The notes under the pieces are model-generated. The model ran no database searches. It saw nothing but the letters and a program-made list of their open reading frames with translations, and was not told the DNA's origin. A stretch of DNA of 32,000 nucleotides from Saprospiraceae bacterium (lineage in GTDB: Bacteria; Bacteroidota; Bacteroidia; Chitinophagales; Saprospiraceae), in NCBI GenBank assembly GCA_965247965.1, contig OZ252053.1:1393317-1425316 (forward strand), written 5' to 3'. Below, piece by piece: positions 9,468 through 15,479 of the stretch. Both the position numbers and the translations under genes were made by a program. Position 1 is the stretch's first letter, and each line of letters starts with the position of its first letter.

Positions 9468-9648
9468 CACTGTTAAAACCAACCTGAGAATGATAAATAG
9501 AACCTAGTTCTTGCCTATGACAGAATTCTACTTTTTTCTTAAAAACAGGAAATGACTTCACATCCTTCCCTATGGGTATTATTACTGAAAATTACGATTA
9601 CATAACAAATATAATAAAAACGGTTAATATGTGTGCGATACTGAAATT

Positions 9649-10161
9649 TTACACTACCAACGGCTCCAACCCATCGTCCAAAAGATCATTCAAAAATTCA
9701 TCGAGTCCAAAGCTCGCGTCAAAAATAAGGTTTGCATAATCTGTACCTGAATCTACCCATCCCGTTCGCTTTCCCGTCTGCGAGAATCTTCTACTGGCTT
9801 GTGTCGGCATTCCTTCTTCTCTCCATTTTCGAATAGTTAAGTACAGGAATCGATCTATTTCTTTTTTGCTTGACCCTGGTTTCTTGCGCTTCGCCCATTC
9901 CACTAACCTAGAATATTCGAATTTGATTTTATTAGGCGATGTCTTTTTGTTGAATTTTGCCAGGTAGTCTTCTGCTAAGAAATCTATTGTGAGCGTCCGA
10001 CCGTCAAACGATATTTTGTATTTCATGGTACGGACTCCTTTGCCGGTATCGACTAATCCCATTTTCCGCACGTTATCGCGATCAAACTTTCGTACGTCTT
10101 TAGCGTATGCTGTAGCCGATTGATTGAGGGCGTGGAGTTCTCTCATAAGCACGACTCGCAT
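9649..10161 (-). CDS. Hypothetical basic 170-aa phage-module protein
   Basis: ORF in the track. It overlaps the upstream 223-aa gene by 19 nt. I recognise no family with confidence. Confidence 0.5.
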   Translation of the reverse strand: MRVVLMRELHALNQSATAYAKDVRKFDRDNVRKMGLVDTGKGVRTMKYKISFDGRTLTIDFLAEDYLAKFNKKTSPNKIKFEYSRLVEWAKRKKPGSSKKEIDRFLYLTIRKWREEGMPTQASRRFSQTGKRTGWVDSGTDYANLIFDASFGLDEFLNDLLDDGLEPLVV

Positions 10162-10814
10162 TTTACCATTCCAAACTTCCTTTGTGCTGGTGTAGAAATA
10201 TAATCAAATGTCATATACGGATCGTAACGACTATTGAAAATGAACTCGATAGTGGCTACTCTCAATTTGTCGATACCGAATGATCGATTCTCATAAGTCA
10301 GTTCTCCGAACGTGATCTTACTATCTAACTCTGTCTCGTATGTTGCGTTGATGCTTTCTGCATATACGGTTGGCATGATGACTTTGTTGCCTTCGTGGGT
10401 GTATAGGCCGAAGTGCTTATTAATCTGATCTACTATATCAGCAAGGATTCTATTGCAATGTACGTCTAGCTGAAATGTAGACATCCAGTTTCCTTCGCAA
10501 CCTTTACATTCTATCGGGAATGCTGCATGAAGTCGGTATCTATCTTGGAAGCAGTTATTGTCAGAGTCCTGAGTTGAGTCGAGTGGCTGTAGTGCCAGTA
10601 GACCGTAATCGACCTCCATATTTTCTCGCGTAATTCCTTTGCGAGTCCAATAGAATCCATCTTCCGCGTCCTGGTTGGTACGGTTTAGATTTGTGGCGTT
10701 GAGATCGTTGATAAGATCTATTACCGCGAAGGTGTTGAGGCGTTTGGTCGGTGCTCCGGTGTGAGCGGAAGCTATTGATTTGAACAAGGCTGAGGTTGTG
10801 GTCAGGGAAAACAT
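10143..10814 (-). CDS. Hypothetical 223-aa phage-module protein with two CxxC pairs
   Basis: ORF in the track. It carries CKGC at residues 103-106 and CESC at 219-222. The ATG is preceded by AGAATCTTAAAATCCTTTAATCCTAGT. It could be a tail tube or terminator protein by position, but that is unproven. Confidence 0.5.
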   Translation of the reverse strand: MFSLTTTSALFKSIASAHTGAPTKRLNTFAVIDLINDLNATNLNRTNQDAEDGFYWTRKGITRENMEVDYGLLALQPLDSTQDSDNNCFQDRYRLHAAFPIECKGCEGNWMSTFQLDVHCNRILADIVDQINKHFGLYTHEGNKVIMPTVYAESINATYETELDSKITFGELTYENRSFGIDKLRVATIEFIFNSRYDPYMTFDYISTPAQRKFGMVKCESCL

Positions 10815-10840
10815 ACTAGGATTAAAGGATTTTAAGATTC
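10815..10840 (-). promoter_or_regulatory. AATCC/TAATCC repeat motif 4 nt upstream of the 223-aa gene start
   Basis: The minus strand reads AGAATCTTAAAATCCTTTAATCCTAGT-ATG. Confidence 0.35.
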
Positions 10841-10850
10841 TATGATCATT

Positions 10851-11108
10851 TTAATTTGACCTTTCTTTCGGTAAATCATAAGCATTTTTCGGTTCTTCGA
10901 TTTCTTTCATTTCCTGGTGATCTAAGCCTACTAATTCTCCGAAATTGAAGTATTTGTAGACTTTGTGTTGCAGCCAAGATGGGAGCTTAATCTTTGCATT
11001 TGGCTCATAACGTTTGAGGCGGATATGTAGGTCTTGGAGGGCTTTACCATAGTAATCATGATTGTACTCCTCAAATTGATTTTTGTCTTTTTTTAGCCAC
11101 CCGAACAT
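10851..11108 (-). CDS. Hypothetical 85-aa protein
   Basis: ORF in the track, co-directional, lying between the frame-switched gene and the 223-aa gene. Confidence 0.45.
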   Translation of the reverse strand: MFGWLKKDKNQFEEYNHDYYGKALQDLHIRLKRYEPNAKIKLPSWLQHKVYKYFNFGELVGLDHQEMKEIEEPKNAYDLPKERSN

Positions 11109-11128
11109 GTATTAAAGATACGCATTTT

Positions 11129-12189
11129 TTATTCCAAACTCCCAAGATATTGCAAGTTCAACTGATGAATAAAATTGTGAAAATCCATGTAATATATTTC
11201 TTCGTATGTCCCAATTTCGTATTTGCGACCCATCACGAACCAATGATCTTCCCCGATCAATTGTCCGAGAAACTTAGATTTTTCCTCGCGCTTTGATTTC
11301 TCCGCGAGACTTTCCTCTTTGCCGCCTTCCCATTTTTCGAGTTTATCTTTGAGTTCTTCGCTGTCTCTGAATAAGTATCTATAATCGTCTCTTTGAGTGA
11401 TGTTTGCAACAGCAGTATCAAAAAAAAACAGATGTTGAAGTAGACGTGCAGCGGGATGTCCCCAAACAACTTCATTCGTTCTGCTATGAATTGATCGAGG
11501 TCTGACCGGTCAGTCGGTAATTTTTCTCTCGGTCTGCGTGCCAGCACTGCGATTTCTTCTAGCGATAAGTTGAACGCTAATGTACCATCCTCATCTCCTG
11601 CGTCCTCTATTTTTTTTCTAACTATTGATCTTATTTTTTTGACATGGGTTGCTTCGCCTACCGTGATCCGGTCGTCAGATGTGTAGATTCTTTTTGCTTC
11701 TAATGCACCTATTACGAAGATTTTGTTTTTGTGCTTGAATTTGAACGATTCATTTCCTGAATGGCTTCTCGTCATATGCTCGAAGGATACAAGGATCAGC
11801 TTCATTTTGTATTCAAGGGGAATTGGTTTTTCTAAATCAGCGAGGATTGCTTTTTCTTCGTCGGTGAGTTCGTTGATATTGAGGCCTTCGCGAAGTCTTT
11901 CTACTTGTGTGTCTAGGTAGTTATTGAACAATGCGAGGTAGTGATAGTAGATAGACCAGGCGGTTAGCTTCGGATTGTCTGACAATAGGTTGATCTCATC
12001 TTGAGGGTTCCCTAATTGAAGATCGTTGGGTATCTTGATAATATGCCGTAGGGTTTCTATCAGATAGATTTCGTTTTCCTCGGCATCGGCTTGGTAGAAT
12101 TTAGTTTCTGATTTGATGAAATCAAAAAACTGGCACAGGGTTACTTCTGTGCAGTCGGTGTGGAGTGTGATATTTTGGATTGTGATCAT
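11129..12189 (-). CDS. First gene of the module, with a frame switch at a T9 run: 0-frame product 310 aa (stop at 11257), -1-frame product about 353 aa (stop at 11129)
   Basis: The 0-frame tail after the T9 run (plus-strand A9 at 11420-11428) is low-complexity: LILLLQTSLKETIIDTYSETAKNSKINSKNGKAAKRKVSRRNQSARKNLSFSDN. The -1 frame reads a protein-like 96 aa: DTAVANITQRDDYRYLFRDSEELKDKLEKWEGGKEESLAEKSKREEKSKFLGQLIGEDHWFVMGRKYEIGTYEEIYYMDFHNFIHQLNLQYLGSLE. That reading closes the 148-nt gap to the next gene down to 20 nt. Confidence 0.55.
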
Positions 12190-12277
12190 TTAGAATATCC
12201 GAAATTTAATTCCCAATATTTTTACCTCATAAAACCCTTTTTCCTTGTCGCTATATTTGATGTATTGTGGATAATCC

Positions 12278-12445
12278 CTAGTGCACCAAGCACTAAATCC
12301 TGACCCCCATAAACTTGTTCTTTCCCTTCTGCTCGGCGTTGGAAAAATCCTCATTATGCTTAGGCATAACTCCGGTTTTCCCGCCTTGATCAGAAGAAAA
12401 ATAACTTTGTCTATGGGGGTCATTACTTAATGCTTGGTACACTAG
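12278..12445. repeat. MITE-like repeat unit 1 (168 bp, CTAG to CTAG)
   Basis: About 33-bp imperfect terminal inverted repeats: CTAGTGCACCAAGCACTAAATCCTGACCCCCAT and ATGGGGGTCATTACTTAATGCTTGGTACACTAG. It carries an internal insertion of about 55 bp relative to unit 2. Confidence 0.6.
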
Positions 12446-12554
12446 TGCACCAGGCACTAAATCCTGACCCCCATGAAACTTGTTCTTTTCCGCCTTGATC
12501 AGAAGAAAAATAACTTTGTTTATGAGGTTCATTACTTAATGCCTAATGCACTAG
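12442..12554. repeat. MITE-like repeat unit 2 (113 bp), head-to-tail with unit 1; a degenerate third end follows at 12551-12575
   Basis: The unit reads CTAGTGCACCAGGCACTAAATCCTGACCCCCATGAAACTTGTTCTTTTCCGCCTTGATCAGAAGAAAAATAACTTTGTTTATGAGGTTCATTACTTAATGCCTAATGCACTAG. This is near-identical to unit 1 apart from the insertion. Confidence 0.6.
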
Positions 12555-12641
12555 TGTTACCAAAAGCAGCCAGATTTGTAAAAAAGTTCTCATGATTGTC
12601 ATTTTAGTCTGAATGAATGACTTTTTTGATTTGCCTTCCCG

Positions 12642-12736
12642 CGCCCTTGCCCTAAAGGGAATCCGCCCACATTTTTAGGGGTGAGATGAGCCTCCCTTTA
12701 GGGAATAAAAGCATATGCCTGCCTTTGGCAGGGGCG
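12642..12736. repeat. Cluster of short nested palindromes (REP-like or structured RNA candidate)
   Basis: CCCTAAAGGG (12650-12659) and CCCTTTAGGG (12694-12703) are mutual reverse complements. There is a hairpin CCTGCC-TTT-GGCAGG (12718-12732). CGCCCTTGCC (12642-12651) can pair with GGCAGGGGCG (12727-12736). Confidence 0.45.
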
Positions 12737-12834
12737 AGCGTAGGCTAAAAACAATTTGTGTCATGCAAACAGCAATTAAGTAATATAAAGTAATTTATTT
12801 TATAAACTATATGTTGAAAAAAATGTGTTCTTTC

Positions 12835-12858
12835 CATTTTCATTTTCATTTTCATTTT
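12835..12858. repeat. Hexanucleotide microsatellite (CATTTT)x4
   Basis: Direct reading of cattttcattttcattttcatttt, immediately downstream of the stop of the 94-aa regulator gene. Confidence 0.8.
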
Positions 12859-12867
12859 GACTCTTGT

Positions 12868-13152
12868 CTAGGGCTCGATGTACCTCTTTAAGGCATTCAC
12901 ATATTTTTCAAAGGCGGTCAAGCCCTTTCCGGTAATCCTAATTGATGTATTGGGATAATTGTCTTTAAATGTCTTTTCAACCTGGATATATTCTGCTTTT
13001 TGCAGCTTCTTGATTTGCACGCTGATATTACCGGATGTGGCTTCGGTGACTTCTTTAATCCGGTTGAAGTCAACCTTCCCTTCGGATACGGCGAGCGACA
13101 CTATGGCCAATCGGAGTTGAGAATGAAGCAATGGATCCAGGTCTTTAAACAT
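12868..13152 (-). CDS. Winged-helix transcriptional regulator (94 aa)
   Basis: LHSQLRLAIVSLAVSEGKVDFNRIKEVTEATSGNISVQIKKLQKAEYIQVEK is typical of small wHTH (ArsR/MarR-like) regulators. It overlaps the upstream membrane gene by 8 nt. Confidence 0.75.
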   Translation of the reverse strand: MFKDLDPLLHSQLRLAIVSLAVSEGKVDFNRIKEVTEATSGNISVQIKKLQKAEYIQVEKTFKDNYPNTSIRITGKGLTAFEKYVNALKRYIEP

Positions 13153-13741
13153 TTGTTCTTTTCTTATAATCTGATCTCAACAGCAGCCCGGGTAAAAAGA
13201 AAAGTAAGAATGCAATGAAGGCCGTTACCAATGGATGATACCGGAATGGCAAAAACAAGGCAGAAAAAGCCACAACGGTAGCAAGGAAAATCAATAAAAT
13301 AAAGCTTTTCTTCTTGATTGTCAGTGCAGTAACAAGGGCTGCTACACAAAATGGCAAAAACATCACAGTCGTAAAACCAATGCCGTATTTGGGCTGAAAA
13401 ATGAAGCCATTGAGCATGGCCATACTCCCTGCCATAAACCAGGCCATACCGTCTACGTCTATACCCGAACCGGCCACTTTAACTTCATTCTCCTTCCTAC
13501 CTTTGCTAATATAATAATACAGCGTATAAATGAAAAGAGGTATCATGGTAAGAATCCAAATCCAATACGATTGGGCGGCATAGCTGGTTTGTAAAAGTAT
13601 ATACTGGCCTATCCCGGCTATCATCACTCCTACGCCCCAAAGCAAGATAATCGAGCCATTCTCTTCGTAGATACAGCGGCGCTCATCGATTATTCTATTT
13701 ATGATTTCGAAGCTTTGTTTTGGTGTTAATTGCGTTTCCAT
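13145..13741 (-). CDS. Multi-pass membrane protein (198 aa), operon partner of the wHTH regulator
   Basis: The translation shows several hydrophobic helices (ILLWGVGVMIAGIGQYILL, IWILTMIPLFIYTLYYYI, FTTVMFLPFCVAALVTAL and others). Confidence 0.7.
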   Translation of the reverse strand: METQLTPKQSFEIINRIIDERRCIYEENGSIILLWGVGVMIAGIGQYILLQTSYAAQSYWIWILTMIPLFIYTLYYYISKGRKENEVKVAGSGIDVDGMAWFMAGSMAMLNGFIFQPKYGIGFTTVMFLPFCVAALVTALTIKKKSFILLIFLATVVAFSALFLPFRYHPLVTAFIAFLLFFLPGLLLRSDYKKRTNV

Positions 13742-13758
13742 ATTTTTTATTTCTGGCG

Positions 13759-13766
13759 CAAATGTA
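13759..13766 (-). promoter_or_regulatory. Candidate Bacteroidota -7 box TACATTTG for the membrane/wHTH operon
   Basis: The minus strand reads TACATTTG, matching the TAnnTTTG consensus, 18 nt upstream of the ATG at 13741. An identical TACATTTG lies on the plus strand at 13791-13798, so the pair forms an inverted repeat. Confidence 0.35.
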
Positions 13767-14362
13767 TGTAAATTAGTTTATGATGCAAACTACATTTGTG
13801 GTTGATTTTGATTTTTTCGATAAAGGTGTTCTAGGCATGACGGGATTAGTTAATATCCGGATTGGCGGCTTATTCTCACCTGTGAATTCCTTAGCGGAAT
13901 CATTTATTAAAGCGGAAAGATGTATCGATTGACACAATGGCTATCCAAATTAAAGACGCTGATCCCAGAAATTTGATAAGCGAAAGAAGGCCGACAGAAA
14001 TGGTCAGGTCATTGGTTAACACACTATTACTCATTCGCGCTCCTTCAGATCGGAGAAATGATCAATAAAGCGGTTACTCATTAGTTTAAAGATAGTCATC
14101 GTTTGGCTCATATCAAATTTTTCCGTCGGCTGATTTGTTTTCGATTCAAGAACTGGAATTGTGAATCACTTCCCTTTAAACAGTTGGCCTAGTCGACAAG
14201 TTGCGCTTGAAATTACTCTTTTGGGGAATTTGAACCCTGTAAAGATACTTCTTGGGCTTGAACTTGATTCTTGAACTTGAACTTTCCCTCCACTCCTCGG
14301 CACAATATTTGCATTACAAAAATCCGTAAGGTATAAACTGTTAATTATCAACTTGGTATATC

Positions 14363-15244
14363 ATGAATGCTGACAAAGGCAAATGGAAAAGAAGAGGTAT
14401 ATTTCTGCTTAGTCTAGTACTACACGGACTGATCATCTACTTTTTGGCTTTTCCCATATTCAAGGTGAACAATCAGTCAGAACTCCTGTACAGCGGATTC
14501 CTGGTACAATTTGATACCCCGACAATACCAATTACTGACTCTCGTCCTGAGCGGACAGCTTCAAAAACAAAGCGCCGAAACAATCCCGAAACAAACCCAT
14601 ATAAAAAAGCAGCGGAAACGAAATCCGAAACACCGAAATTTACTAGACAAAGCGATCAGAAGATTGAGCGAAAACATTTGAAACCAAAGAAAGATACTAA
14701 GGTTTCGAATGAACCGATCAATCGAGAACAAAACACGGATTCCGAGAAAAGGCGTAAGTACGTACTCGATCAATTGGCTAAAAAGAAAAGAGCAGAAATA
14801 GAAGCCGAAAAACTGCAAGAAAAACAAGCCAGAATCGAGAAGTATGAAAAAATGAAAAACGCCTTTTCTCAAATCCTTGAAAATGCAAACAATGAAACTT
14901 CTACTCCTGGTGATATTGATCTATCTCATGAAATGCTACCTGAGCAAGGCTTAGGGGCCGCCTTTTCGACCATGGATGAGGATCTCGAAGGTTTATCAGA
15001 CAGAAAAGTACTTTTCCAACCGGAGATACAAGACCACTCATACAAACAAGGCCGAGTGGTTATCAACATTTGCGTAAATGCAGAAGGCGACGTAACCTCG
15101 GCTCGCTATACTCAAAAAGGTTCGACCACAACTGACGCCTACCTCATCGAATTGGCCGAAAAAAGTGCTCTCCTTTACAAATTTTCACGGAGTACGGCTC
15201 GAAAGCAGTGCGGGATTGTGAATATTGTATTTATGCTTCAGTAA
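14363..15244 (+). CDS. TonB-like energy transducer family protein (293 aa)
   Basis: It has an N-terminal TM helix (GIFLLSLVLHGLIIYFLAFPIF) and a Lys/Glu/Pro-rich linker. The C-terminal TonB_C-like segment reads GRVVINICVNAEGDVTSARYTQKGSTTTDAYLIELAEKSALLYKFSRS...GIVNIVF. Confidence 0.7.
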   Translation: MNADKGKWKRRGIFLLSLVLHGLIIYFLAFPIFKVNNQSELLYSGFLVQFDTPTIPITDSRPERTASKTKRRNNPETNPYKKAAETKSETPKFTRQSDQKIERKHLKPKKDTKVSNEPINREQNTDSEKRRKYVLDQLAKKKRAEIEAEKLQEKQARIEKYEKMKNAFSQILENANNETSTPGDIDLSHEMLPEQGLGAAFSTMDEDLEGLSDRKVLFQPEIQDHSYKQGRVVINICVNAEGDVTSARYTQKGSTTTDAYLIELAEKSALLYKFSRSTARKQCGIVNIVFMLQ

Positions 15245-15301
15245 ATTAGCATTTTTGGAGAAGCCTCCAAATGAACTCACCGAAGACTTAAGAAAAAATA
15301 T

Positions 15302-15441
15302 GGATTGAGCTTTTCAACCAATACGGTTGAGCCTGCCGAAACCACTTCGTTTGAACATTTCGACGGACACGGTGGTTGAGCCTGTCGAAACCACCACTTT
15401 GCATATTTTTGGCTCGCTGTGGTTGAACTTGTCGAAACCAT
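15302..15441 (+). repeat. Four copies of a roughly 20-bp repeat, GGTTGAGCCTGYCGAAACCAC, upstream of the GIY-YIG gene
   Basis: Copies lie at 15302 (degenerate), 15325-15345, 15374-15394 and 15421-15441, spaced about 48 bp apart. TTTCGAC/GTCGAAA inverted pairs lie between them. Confidence 0.7.
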
Positions 15442-15479
15442 TGGCATTCAACGGTCCCTTAAAAAATTTGATAGAAGAA

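Noticed and set aside
9649-10161. Impression that the 170-aa protein resembles HK97 gp10-type head-tail or tail-completion proteins.
   Set aside because: The impression rests only on size, basic charge and position. I could not point to a diagnostic motif, so it stays hypothetical.
12190-12532. Two track ORFs (77 aa at 12190-12423 and 79 aa at 12293-12532) with similar N-termini, MxxIxKVIFLLIKAxK.
   Set aside because: They lie entirely in the tandem MITE-like units. The similarity is at nucleotide level, and the two copies are read in different frames after the shared start, so no protein is conserved. The TAA-ATG abutment with the 12189 start is noted but is not enough to call a gene.
12278-12575. 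Possibility that the repeated units are a DGR template/variable repeat pair or a CRISPR array next to the phage genes.
   Set aside because: Differences between units are mixed transitions plus an indel, not adenine-specific. No reverse transcriptase is nearby. The units abut directly without unique spacers, and no cas genes are present.
12190-12867. A tRNA or tmRNA gene, or an attachment site marking a prophage end.
   Set aside because: I found no T-arm-like GGTTCGAATCC-type sequence or cloverleaf in this stretch or elsewhere in the window. No integrase is present.
14166-14351. A 61-aa minus-strand ORF and short broken ORFs in the 13800-14360 spacer, plus CTTGAA-rich direct repeats at about 14255-14290.
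   Set aside because: The composition is not protein-like and no start context or partner gene is present. This may be decayed coding sequence, but nothing is callable.
15327-15479. The N-terminal 51 codons of the track ORF 15327-16208.
   Set aside because: This stretch is the GGTTGAGCCTGYCGAAACC repeat array read as protein (…VEPVETT…). The GIY-YIG domain begins right after the ATG at 15480.
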